A DNA stretch of 64,000 nt from Styela clava (lineage: Eukaryota): NCBI RefSeq assembly GCF_964204865.1, contig NC_135251.1:20460001-20524000 (forward strand), written 5' to 3'. The notes below the pieces were generated by a model that saw only the letters and a list, made by a program, of their open reading frames with translations, was not told where the DNA came from and ran no database searches. Position 1 is the stretch's first letter, and each line of letters opens with the position of its first letter. Of this stretch, positions 1 through 11,530 are shown piece after piece. A program made the translations under genes and the position numbers.

Positions 1-299
1 GACTAAAATCTCCAAAATAGCTCGCGATCGACTGATCGGTAATGAGGTCATACACAAAAACGAATGAGTGCTGAATATGCAGATAACTGCACAAATGCAT
101 ACGAAAAATTACATCGCTGCCAATAAGTTCGGCTGTGTGGGCGCATTTTTAATGAAATCGCCACACAAAAACTGGGTCTAGAGTGGCAATTTTTTAGGGT
201 ACCGGTATGTTATTAAATTCACTCAACATCAGACGCGATCGACTCCTCGAGACGTGGCGATCGACCGGTCGATCGCGATCGACGTGTTGGCCACCCCTG
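1..299. mobile_element. Right end of a hAT-type MITE (truncated by window edge)
   Basis: Ends in ...GTTGGCCACCCCTG (299), a CAGGGGTGGCCAAC-type hAT terminus. It is preceded by repeated CGCGATCGAC subterminal motifs and lies in a SMYD3 intron. Confidence 0.6.
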
Positions 300-367
300 A
301 TATATGTGATATAAACAATCTTTGCAGATATATTTCTGTTTGATGTAATAACAGATTAAATTCTCAC

Positions 368-2747
368 CTCTTCACCTTCTTTCAAATCTCGCAACGTTCG
401 TATATTCAATTGTAATCGATCAAATACGGCAATACAGTTTGGAACGCAACTGTGATTTATTAGACTGCAACTGTAAAATGAAAGAGTGAAGTCATAAAGT
501 TTGTGAAATTGAAATACAAGGTGGTCAACTGAGGTACAAATTTCTATCCAGAATTTTATAAAATCATATGAATTTCTGAAAAGTAGAGCAGCAGAAAACG
601 GCACTATTAATATAAAATCGGCATATGAATTTTGTGTCAATAACAGAAAAATATACCTCAAATATATTCCTGTGCCAATATCGGACTGAAGTTCTTCATC
701 ACAAATAGCAAAACTGTTATTTTTTAACTGAAATATGAAGAAGAATTTTTTAATCATTAAAAACTTCCTCGCAAAGCAGAAGTATTAGTTACCTAAACAT
801 TGGTGGTACCTTAAAATCAAATCTGCCCAATAGCCCTTGCAGAAGGAAGCTATTCGAATTGTGATTGGGACCATAAATTCATCCCTACTTTTAATTACCC
901 AAATCCAACTGAAAGTGATAATAAAATTTGGTTCCGAAACAGAAGGGGTTTATTATTTCATATCTACAGCATTTTGCTCTCCAATATTGGTTCTCAAAGC
1001 AGTCAGTTTCATACCCCTACTTCTCAGTCAAAAACAGTCAATCTGCGTTGCATTATTTATTTGTAAATAAAAAGGATAGAAGTACAAAGTGCTTCAAATC
1101 TGTTTGAAAAATTCCATTCCAAGCCGTTTATATCTGTTAATAAATTTTGTTAAAAAAATCTGTAAAAGCAAACCTTTGCGCAAAGTTCTAAAACCGCTTT
1201 AATATCTGGAACTTGAAGAGGTAACGTTCCAAGACCCCAATATGAATGTAAGATTACAACAAATTGCCCAAGTGTTTCCTTTTGGCCTTCAGTGAGTCGG
1301 TCATAATCTGTAACAAGAGAGTGAGTATATTATGAGTGTTAATAGTAAGTTTATAAGTTAATAGTATATTTATTTTGATAAGAATACAAGCTAATTTGTT
1401 GAAGATCAACTTTTATGTTTGAACAATCTCATCATTGAATTTGCTGAAAAAAACAAACAAAACTTACTAGATTCAAGGTCCATTATTGAAACCAGATCTT
1501 CTGTTTTATTGTCATCTAACGAGTTTTCCTGATAACACAATATCAAAATAACTATTCAATTTATGATATAAAAAATTGGATAAGGTATGCCTTAACCAGC
1601 AAGAACCTGGTGCTTTTTTGAAACAAACATATAGATAACTTCATGAAGATATAAATAAATAAGATGAAGGCTTATACATTGTGCATGTGCTCATAGTATG
1701 CATGCTCATATTCACATATACTGGATATTATGACATTCCTATCATGAAATTATTCTGCTTTTCCACAATGATTAATTATATTATTACTGAATTAAAAATG
1801 TTAAATTTGATAAAACATATAGTGGATAATATTTTTATGAGGTGAAATTGATAAACCAAAAAGAAATTGTTATAAATATTATTAAAACTCACTAATTTCC
1901 AAAGTACTCTCCCCAATAAAATGACAAAATCAGGAGGAACTTTAGGAGATATTTGTTTCAAGGCTGCACATTCTTGTTTATGCTGTGACCATGCTCCTTT
2001 CTAGAAGATAAGAATAATAAATATTGCAAATTATAATTTGCCAAATTTATTTATTACAGGATAACAACTAATATTTGCACATGGTAAGTGAATAACTATG
2101 TCGCATTAACATTTCTTAATATATATATATATATTACTTTCTTACTCCTACACTATATTAATAAGCCATTTATAAATGATAATACCTGAATACTGAAACA
2201 TACCTGACAGTTTTTGTCACAATATCTCATAAATTTACAACCGGAACATCGAAGCAAAGTCTCTTGTCTGCAAAGAAGTAACAAATTAAAACAAGCTTAA
2301 ATTGTAGACTAGTTGATCGAGCAATACCCATTATCATGTATTACAGAGTTACGGTACTGACAGGCTAGAGTCAGTACCGGTACTTGCTGACTTGATGGCA
2401 TTGAGAAAATGTAAAGCGAATTATTTACATGCCTGCATACTGGCATAGGTACATACAGACATATGCAAGAGGACTATTACTTCCCTTCTCTGGCTATATT
2501 CAACCGATTTATCCAGCTGTTCAGTTAGAATAGATTACTGAATTATGACATTGTCAGACTTATATATGTTGCATTTTCAATTAGAAGACACTCACTTTTG
2601 AAAACAATGATCACATCGAATTCCTTTCTGTTCGTTAGCCAGTAGGTACACAAAAGGTTCTGAGCTCATCAATACAGTTCCCCTTCTAATTGACGAGGTG
2701 CATCTTAATCCTCGTCCTTTATCGTTGGAGACAAATATTTCCAGCAT
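368..2747 (-). CDS. SMYD3: SET and MYND domain lysine methyltransferase, SMYD3-like (3' part lies beyond left edge)
   Basis: Spliced exons with GT-AG boundaries: 2747-2596 (MLEIFVSNDKGRGLR...EPF...RCDHCFQ), ~2268-2204 (LLRCSGCKFMRYCDKNCQ, MYND), ~2001-1892 (AWSQHKQEC...LLGRVLWKL), ~1530-1467, ~1307-1174, 727-657 (LKNNSFAICDEELQSDIGTGIY) and 470-368 (CSLINHSCVPNC...LRDLKEGEE, SET NHSCxPN motif). Confidence 0.88.
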
Positions 2748-3619
2748 AATTTTGTTTCTACAATGTACCGATGAACAAACTGTTTCGCCGTGTGTTGAAG
2801 TGCTGTAAGATTCATAAAATAGAATAAAACTTCAGGTATCTGCTATATACAGATATATGGACAATAATCTAACAATAAATAGCGCAAAGACACATTGCCA
2901 GTCGTGCTAACGAAAACGAGTGCGATTATTAGCGGGTATTTGCGAATAGCGCGAAAACTGATTATCGCGAAAATTTGACGACGTCTTTTTTCGCAGGTTT
3001 TTTGTAAAATGTTTATTGAAATATTCTATTTGACTTTTAAAACATTTTTGCAAAATAATGCAATATAAAATAATAATAATACCAATAAACCTCGTCGAAA
3101 AAACACATTCTACAAACATAGGGGCAAAGGTTAAAGGGTAAACATCAATCATAATGACCGAACGTGCTCTCAACATGGTTATTTTAAGGCCAACAAGTGA
3201 ACAACGGGTATGCATTCAAGTGAAACTATGATTCCAGTTAATGTGGGCACGTCTGTAGCAAAGCAGGGAATGGGGACCTCGAAGCAATCGCCGAGATGAA
3301 AAAGAACAAAATGCAGAAATTAGAGCGGGTGAATTGGATGTCTGCGGAAATAAAGTGTGTTTTCAGAATGCCGAAATAAATTGGTACCGGTACGGTATAT
3401 ATAAATATTGTACACTCCGTTAAGCTCTTTTCCTCATTCTGAATACGACTTCGAAGTTCAGAAAGTTGAGTTTTTGAAATAAGCTGTGTATGACTGTATG
3501 AGTATATTCTGCTCTCTACTGCTTTAAAATTTGTACAATAATTACAAGGCGCATCAGTAAACTTAAACTTGGCATATGTGATACTGTGATAGACTTCTGG
3601 ACTTTGTTATTGTTCAACA

Positions 3620-3806
3620 TTTCTGCCTCTACCACCAGACCACAAAACAATATCAAGTCTATGCTTCCAAAAACGAATACCTGGCTAACTAATCCCATAC
3701 CCAACCTAGACAGGTAACCAGACGAGAGGCCGGGGTTCACCATATGATTATGCTATCTTATCGCCTTTCCTCTCCCTCTGGATAAATATGTAAATCCTAT
3801 CCTACT
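3620..3806 (+). mobile_element. SINE 3' fragment (same family as 7338-7685)
   Basis: Matches the 3' half of the full copy and ends in GGATAAATATGTAAATCCTATCCTA. Confidence 0.75.
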
Positions 3807-4206
3807 CCAATACAAAAATCAGTACTGTGAATATATGCATTGCAAAATGTACATGCCCTATAAACAATGGTTTAAACTCACCATACTGCCATATCTTTTT
3901 ACATGCTCAAGTCAGACACAAGACACTCGTGAAGCACTTTGATCAAATTCACTCATAAAATAGTTATTGTGTAAAAAATAAGGCATCAATCGGCAATTTA
4001 TTAATTTTTCATGTCGGTTTTCAGGCAAATTTATATTTTGATATTACTACAATCCCAATTGCTGAATTGTGTTGGAAGCCTTTATTAATCTAATAAAATC
4101 GATTGTTATAAAATTTAGTTTGAGAAATGAACTTGTGACCACTCATATTATAATGATTTTCTGGTGTTTACAGAATATTGTAAACTTGTAGTTTTTTTGT
4201 ATTGTT

Positions 4207-4914
4207 ATGGATAAACCTGGTTCAAAGCGACCCAGTGATACAGAAGCAACAAGTGTTGTGGCCAAGATAGCAAGACCATTCGGAAAAGACGGTCAATCTA
4301 AGAGACTTATTGTGGTTTTAGAAAAAGCATCACTAGAGACTGTAAAAAATGGAAAAACATTTGAACTACTGAATTGTGACAAGCATAAAGGTTTGTTGAA
4401 GAAACACAACAGGGATTTAGGTTCCTGCCGACCAGATATCACTCATCAGTGCCTCATGATGCTCATGGATAGCCCATTGAATAGGGCTGGATTGCTTCAA
4501 GTTTATATTCACACAACAAACAATATTTTAATAGAAGTGCATCCGCAGACCAGAATCCCACGAACTTTTGACAGATTCTGTGGACTTATGGTGCAGTTAC
4601 TTCATAAACTAAGTGTGAGAGCTGCTGACGCCAATCTGAAACTCATGAAAGTAATCAAAAACCCTGTAACAGACTACTTTCCTCCTGGTTGCAAGAGAAT
4701 GTGCATGTCTTTTGGAGCCACAGATGTTGTACATCCAAAAACACTTGCACCACCAAATGAGGCAGTCGCATGTGTGATTGGAGCAATGGCTCATGGGTCT
4801 GTAGATGTCGACTACACTGAAAAATCTTACTCAATCAGCAATTATCCTCTTTCTGCGGCCCTAACTTGCACCAAATTATGCAGTGGGTTCGAAGAAAAGT
4901 GGGGGATCATTTGA
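4207..4914 (+). CDS. EMG1: Ribosomal RNA small subunit methyltransferase NEP1 (SPOUT family)
   Basis: Uninterrupted 235-aa ORF with RLIVVLEKASLE, RPDITHQCLMMLMDSPLNRAGLLQVYIHT, RIPRTFDRFCGLMVQLLHKL, IGAMAHG and ISNYPLSAALTC. AATAAA follows at ~4931. Confidence 0.97.
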   Translation: MDKPGSKRPSDTEATSVVAKIARPFGKDGQSKRLIVVLEKASLETVKNGKTFELLNCDKHKGLLKKHNRDLGSCRPDITHQCLMMLMDSPLNRAGLLQVYIHTTNNILIEVHPQTRIPRTFDRFCGLMVQLLHKLSVRAADANLKLMKVIKNPVTDYFPPGCKRMCMSFGATDVVHPKTLAPPNEAVACVIGAMAHGSVDVDYTEKSYSISNYPLSAALTCTKLCSGFEEKWGII

Positions 4915-5602
4915 CATGCAACAATCATATAATAAAAAACATTAAATAACACGCTTCTGGTATGTTTATTGATAAACCATAAAAAAAACAGATCTGTTAT
5001 TAGGCTGAAATAAAACAGTGTTGCCAGATTTGAATAACTTCTTATAATTATAAAAATGTGTTAATTTTGGTTCTATATTCCCAAACTGGGAACAGAAACA
5101 TAAGATGCATCTATAAACATATCTGCTTGAATACGAGACCTATTTGACATTCTACTAATATGTAGTAGTAAGTGCATCTCATGTTGAAACTGTGGAACAT
5201 TTAATATTACAAATTGCTATAAGAACACCAAAAAAACAGTTTTTTAACCAATAATAACGATAGCTTGTGATGCAGGTTGGATCCGGCCATGAAGAGAGTA
5301 GTTGATATAACATGCGGTATGAACATTGGCTGAATAAATTTATGTTAGTTGTCAACAATATGCTTACACCTGCTTGGTGAATTTTGATTTCTACTTTGTT
5401 ATCATAACTACGGTATGTCAATCAGGATAAATTGAGGTGTAACAATTTGACGCGAAACAACGTTCAAAATCTACTGATCCAGAATATTTTGATGGTCATA
5501 AAAACTTTAAAATCTTCAAAGATCTGTAGTTAAGACTCCTTACAGTCCTTGAAAACCTTTTGTCAAGAGTTTACAAGATTGTTCTGGGCAGGCAAAAACG
5601 AA

Positions 5603-7241
5603 TCATCTACGCCTACGCTTTTTACGATCTTGGCGCTTTGTAGGCTTTTGAATCCTACCATTTGTTACGGGGTGTTTTCTCTTTACAATCAGGTTATTGT
5701 CTACAATGTTTTGCAATATTCCCCTTTCAGCCAGCATGGAAAGAAACATTCTTATAAAAGGGTCGTAATTATGAGTTCTCCGAGCAGCATCAATTTTGTA
5801 TTTCTCTATTTTATCATGCTCTTCTTGTAGAGATAATCGACAAGATCTAATATTCGTTTCAAGGTTAAGCAATATGCGCTGAACATCCCTTATTGAGACG
5901 GAACTTAGAGATTTGTTTTCATTTTCCCCAACCTCCCTTCCAGATATATCCATCTGCAAGAGCTTTCTGTCCATGATAAGTGCTTGAATATCTGATAATG
6001 ACTTGTATTTCATAATTCTAACCTCTTTCAACTGTTCAGAATTGCTTCCCATAATCTTTTTGTATTCTTTCGGTGAAGGTGGTTTTTTCTTTACAGGGGA
6101 ATCGAATTCCGAAGCAGTATCTGTACTTTCTGATGGTGAATTAGGAAGTTTATCTAAACATGCTTTGTCAGATTTTTTAGAAGTTTTGCATGATTCTGCC
6201 ACATTTTCTCTTGTATCGTGCAATATATCTAACAACTCCTTATGTTCTTTATCATCCAACTTGAGATTAGGTATCACATCCTCTATTGCACTACTCAAAA
6301 TCTTGTGATGATCAGTCAATAATTCTAATTTTGAAACATATTGGTCAGTTAATGATGGAACGACTGCCATCAAATTGTATCTGATATCATGGCATTGTTC
6401 TCCCCCAGTTGCCATACTTATACGATCATTAATTACTCTTCTTGCCATGTCATGCCACTCTTCGTCTTCCGACAATGGGCCATGATCTATTGGATATGGT
6501 TTTAACCCATCCAGTTCAAATAAATGATCGTGCAAAGGTAGGTAGCAAGTATAATGAAATGCTTCAAGTGTACGAGCAGATGGTGTTATTCCATTGGATT
6601 TATCACTTGTACTTTCTGACAATGGATTTGGTTCTGGGTGTGCATGCTTGTTATGTGCACAATACAATTCTGGCATATTCTCGATAGCAAATCCTTTTGT
6701 TTCTGGGTCATATGATTTACATGTTTCCTGCAAAATGAATAACAAAATCAGAAAGCTGATATATATATATATTTATAACATATCCATGCTAGGAAATCAA
6801 CCAGACATAGTATGTTTGCATACACTCTCTTAGTAAGTCAGATATCAAAGTGAACTTCACTACTATAATTAACTATACCTTTAAGCGTGTTATGACATCT
6901 CCCAGTTGAATATCTTCACAGTTTAATAGTATGCTCAATAATGCATGTGTTGCACAAGAATTGGGTATCAGTTGATGAGCAAAAAACATTCCGTTAACAG
7001 TTTCTTCATCCCTGCAAAATGGCTCATCTTGGCTAATTTGAACCTTTCGACGATATCTCCCAACTTCACTCCATTTGAATAGAAAAATAAATCCATAAAC
7101 TTTATTTGGAATTTGCCTCTGAAGATCATATATTTCTTCCACTTGTACACCCTTAACCCCAAAGTCTTTGATAAGAAGCGTGAACAATCCAGGATCACTT
7201 TCAAGCTCTTTCCATACACCAAATGGTCGCTTATGATCCAT
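5603..7241 (-). CDS. BAP1: Ubiquitin carboxyl-terminal hydrolase BAP1/calypso (UCH domain + ULD)
   Basis: Two exons, 7241-6879 and 6727-5603, joined by a phase-0 GT-AG intron. Motifs: [14 protein letters not shown], catalytic [76 protein letters not shown], and a basic C-terminal NLS RKKRRRR. About 495 aa. Confidence 0.95.
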
Positions 7242-7337
7242 GCATACACTTTTATAATGCTATAAACTTTAATTTTTGTGAGAAAAAAAAATTGTTACCG
7301 TAATTGACGTTTGCCAGAAAAAACTCTTTCTAGCCTA

Positions 7338-7685
7338 TAGGATGTTAGGATAGGATTTACATATATATATCCCCGGGGAGAGGAAAGCCGATAAGACAAC
7401 TAATCCATATGGCGAACCACGGCCTCTCGCCCGGTTACCATTCCAAGTCGGGTATGGGATAAGTTATATTGTTTTGTTTTCGGAAGCATGGACTTGGTGG
7501 TGGAGGAAGCCGTAACTGACCAGCGGTTATGTGAACCGCCCAACGACGACCAGGAGTCCAGCAATCCTCTCGCACATAACCATCCCTACATGGGATTCGA
7601 ATCTGCGAACCCACGCAGAGTAATTAGAGGTGTGGTGGCGAGCGTATTCCTAACGCTTAGCCCGTTGAGCCACACCGCCGCGCCG
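7338..7685 (-). mobile_element. Full-length tRNA-derived SINE
   Basis: On the minus strand it begins GGCGGTGTGGCTCAACGGGCTAAG (A box), contains GATTCGAATCCC (B box) and ends in an (ATCCT)n-type tail. Four other partial copies occur in the window. Confidence 0.8.
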
Positions 7686-8522
7686 CTACCGCCTACCGGT
7701 ATACTTTAACGCGGTACCGTACCTACTTTGCCAGGCTGACGGCTAACTCGCCATGAGGGCTAACTCGCCATGGACCACTCGCCATGCGACGGCGGTTAAC
7801 GGGTTAGCCTGCAACTGTGCGGAGGCTCTTCTTGTAATGGGAGATGGAAAGGTGGCCGTTTATACTAACAACTTCAATAGTAAGGATAAATATATTAAAT
7901 TAAATGTGTTTGGTTACAATACCTACTGTGCAAATGGTAACAAAGTGACAAGAAAACGGGCTTATATGTCGGAAGGCATACCGGTACCGGTACCGTACGG
8001 TACTCGACGCGCAAAAGATGTCTCAACTTAACATTTTTTATCTAAGCATGCTAAATATATCATCATATTAATTGATTGTATGAGCTCTGAATCAACAACA
8101 ACGCTAAATATATCAAAAGTTCTATTTTGCTACCGGCAGTCTCATTTTATTCTAACAGCCGTTGATTGCAAGCAGAGAGGGAGAGAGAGAGCTAACTCGC
8201 CATGTCTTTATTCTTTATAATTGACGATCGACATCGCGAGTTCGAGAGAGAGAGAGGGCTAACTCGCCATGTCTTTATTCTTTATAATTGACGATCGACA
8301 TCGCGAGTTCGAGAGAGGGCTAACTCGCCATGTCTATTTTCTATATAATTGTCGATTGCCCTGATGCCGGCTGATATTAGTGTTAAGCCAACTCACCACG
8401 ACAAGGTTTCAGCCTTCGAGTCAGAATTTCTTTTTACCAGAAGAAACCCAAGCACAGATAGGCATCATAGCTGTACATGGAAAAGAATCTGAGGAAGGGG
8501 AAAAATACTTACACTAGGTTAC

Positions 8523-10398
8523 TTACTCTTTACAAAAGGCCGGGCCGTAGATTTTTGAACATCTTCGAAGGAGAGCCTCCGCAGATAATCCTCCGTCCTT
8601 GAAAACACTCCAAACTTCCTTCAGCTTGTCATCTGCCTCGCTGTATTTTGCGTCAGCCCTTCTTGGTATATTTTCCTCCATTACTTCTGCTACATCTGAT
8701 TCCACCGCAATGTTGACCTCGTGAATCTTGGATATAAGGCTATAAAAAGGCATATTTGTCCGTGCTATGCTATTGAAGTACCGATGCCACCATTCCAAAT
8801 GGTTGTTAGTCCTAACGTCGACGTCGAATACTGACCAGTCTTTTGGTTTCCAAACTGAGTTCTTCAGCCATGTCCTGTCGAAATATTCGGCAAATCTATT
8901 CAACCCGTCGGTGGTCATTTTGCCTCGCAGAGATAGGAACAGCGACGGGATGAACATATCTGGAATATAACACAGGGCCATGACTTGCTTCATTAAATTT
9001 CTCGTCCCGATGTCCCTGAAAAATGGAAATTACATATTCAACAACGTTAATGATATAAACACATAAATGCATATGAGCACTAAATTACTCACTTGTTATA
9101 CAAACTTGCTAATTTGTTCTGTCGCATGTTCTTCATGATGGCCTGAGTGAAATGGAATGCCCATCCCTGTCTTCTCACATCCGGCCATACCAGAGACAGT
9201 GCTTGCCATGTTGCTGCTTCAAAGTCCATGACAAATTTCTTCACACGAGTACCTGAAAAATTTAAATGCAGTATAGTTTTGATAGCCTTGAAAACATTTT
9301 CATAATCACACTTACGTCGCCTTGACATTAAAACAAAAACGAGGGGCAGTTGTTTGGTACATTCACCACTTCGAACGAATGCGTGAATTGAAAAGAGTTG
9401 ATAATACGGGTCCCTAACAACATCAAAAGTACCGTCCATGTACCAAACTTTTGAATTGGCCAAAATTTTCAATTGCTTTTGGGTTGCGAACAAAAGGTGA
9501 CGCGCTCCCTCTATTCTGATATCTTTTAATAAGAAATCAGTAGGTAAATAATCTATTTTCAACTCATCGTTAATATCTGATGGATCTGTGGGTCTGTTTC
9601 CCTGTCTTTTCCTATTGCAGAACCTCTTCAATGTTCCTTCCTGAAAGGGAAAGGTAGAAAAAATGAAAATTAAGTACACTGAAAATCACTACTAAAATTG
9701 GACAACTAATTACAACGATACTTACATTAGTGAATCTTATAGAAGGCGGGTTGGTCATGTCTCTCCTTGCCGCTTTCGTAATGATTCCAGAAGGATCCGT
9801 TGAGAAGGACACGGGGCCGTTCGTTTGGTCTAGGGTATGATCCAAACCATTTCTACTAAAATCATCCTCTGTTTGGTATACCTTGGCCGGGCATATATTT
9901 CCTTTTCTCCGCACCGAACACCGCCAGGTAACTGTAGATAGAAAAGATTAATTAGAAAAATTTACCATAGGTATTGGGCTAATCTCAGAGCATTCAGAGT
10001 CGAAGTAATCAACGAGTCGTGGAATGTTCGTCGGCGGGGCCAGATGTATCGTGGAATCATTCCGCTGTTGTTGTTGATGATCTTCGGCCTGCAAAGAAAC
10101 AAGATCATTATAACTTTTTGACTTTAATACTTATATAGAAAATAGATATATACTATATCTACTATACTTACCTGTAGCAGTCTAGGCATTTCCAGTCAAA
10201 AGTGACGTCTCGACTTTTCAGTAATCTGTATTGCGGCCTGGACATTCCTACTGTGGTTCCATTGAAACATTTTCGGTGAAACCACCGAACACAAATGTCG
10301 CAGATCAAGCCTTCTTGTTTGTTGGTGACTGTAGACATGCATTCGTTGCAGACATTAGTTGCATTCATCGTTGCTTTGAGTTTGAAAATCGTAGACAA
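8523..10398 (-). pseudogene. Degenerate spliced PHD-FLYWCH-MULE transposase
   Basis: Exons: ~10398-10172 (PHD: CNEC...CDICVRWFHRKC...WKCLDC), ~10088-9966, ~9931-9726 (partial FLYWCH WRCSVRRKGNICPAKV...HT), ~9641-9093 (WYMDGTF...LPLVFVLM...VMDFE...GWAFHF) and ~9015-8523 (RTNNHLEWWH). The DDE residues are present, but CxxH reads WAFH, EGWH reads EWWH, and the 5' exon phases do not join. Confidence 0.85.
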
Positions 10399-10899
10399 TT
10401 GAAGTCGTAATAGAAATTCGTAGAATCAAGAACTGTGGTATTGTATCCGTTGATATTGCCACATTTATAGTGCTATGGTAAGGCGTAAGACCGGAGATAA
10501 ATTACGCTTAAGCTCAGTGATAATACTATCTGGGCTGGCGTAAAATCCTAGATATATCTAAGATAACTAGTTCGTAGATAAGTAGATGAAACAGGGTCGC
10601 TGTTATCTTTTCCCCCTTATCTCCGAACTCACACCTATATTATCTGCGTTTTATCTCATTGATACGAACGTAAGATAAGGGATATTAGAAAAAGATTTGT
10701 ATTATGATTGAAAAACAAGAGAGCTATATGGACACGTAATATGATTGAAAAACAAGAGAGTTATATGGACACGTAGAGTCACTTAATTTTGATGACGTCA
10801 TAGCGAAAAAAAGCCTTTTAAAGAAAAATTCTATCTTCCACTGAAAATGTCAAAGCAATTGGTCCAATATTCGAAGAGAAAAGCGAGAACATAAAGAAT

Positions 10900-11530
10900 A
10901 ATTATAAAGAATAAAGACATGGCGAGTTAGCCCTCTCTCTCTCTCGCGATGTCGATCGTCAATTATAAAGAATAAAGACATGGCGAGTTAGCCTTCTCTC
11001 TCTCGCGATGTCGATGGTCAATTATAAAGAATAAAGACATGGCGAGTTAGCCCTCTCTCTCTCTCGAACTCGCGATGTCGATGGTCAATTATAAAGAATA
11101 AAGACATGGCGAGTTAGCCCTCTCTCTCTCTCTCGAAATGGCGATGTCGATGGTCAATTATAAAGAATAAAGACATGGCGAGTTAGCCCTCTCTCTCTCT
11201 CGAACTCGCGATGTCGATGGTCAATTATAAAGAATAAAGACATGGCGAGTTAGCCCTCTCTCTCTCTCTCGAAATGGCGATGTCGATGGTCAATTATAAA
11301 GAATAAAGACATGGCGAGTTAGCCCTCTCTCTCTCTCGAACTCGCGATGTCGATCGTCAATTATAAAGAATAAAGACATGGCGAGTTAGCCCTCTCTCTC
11401 TCTCGCGATGTCGATCGTCAATTATAAAGAATAAAGACATGGCGAGTTAGCCCTCTCTCTCTCTCGAACTCGCGATGTCGATCGTCAATTATAAAGAATA
11501 AAGACATGGCGAGTTAGCTCTCTCTCTCCC
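10900..11530. repeat. Subterminal minisatellite of the Mutator element (~10 copies of a 59-69 bp unit)
   Basis: Unit AATTATAAAGAATAAAGACATGGCGAGTTAGCC(CT)n(GAAC)TCGCGATGTCGATSGTC. About 3 inverted copies sit in the left arm (~8180-8355). Confidence 0.95.

Noticed and set aside
7590-7685. tRNA gene
   Set aside because: A and B boxes are present, but there is no convincing cloverleaf and it is continuous with a multi-copy body and tail, so it is a SINE head.
7753-8031. 92/103-aa ORF pair (7753+ and 11638-11949-) as duplicated genes
   Set aside because: They are mirror translations of the TIRs, with no recognisable domain.
10900-11530. CRISPR-like array
   Set aside because: The units are wholly repeated with no unique spacers. 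The context is eukaryotic with no cas genes, and the array is mirrored in the opposite TIR of a transposon.
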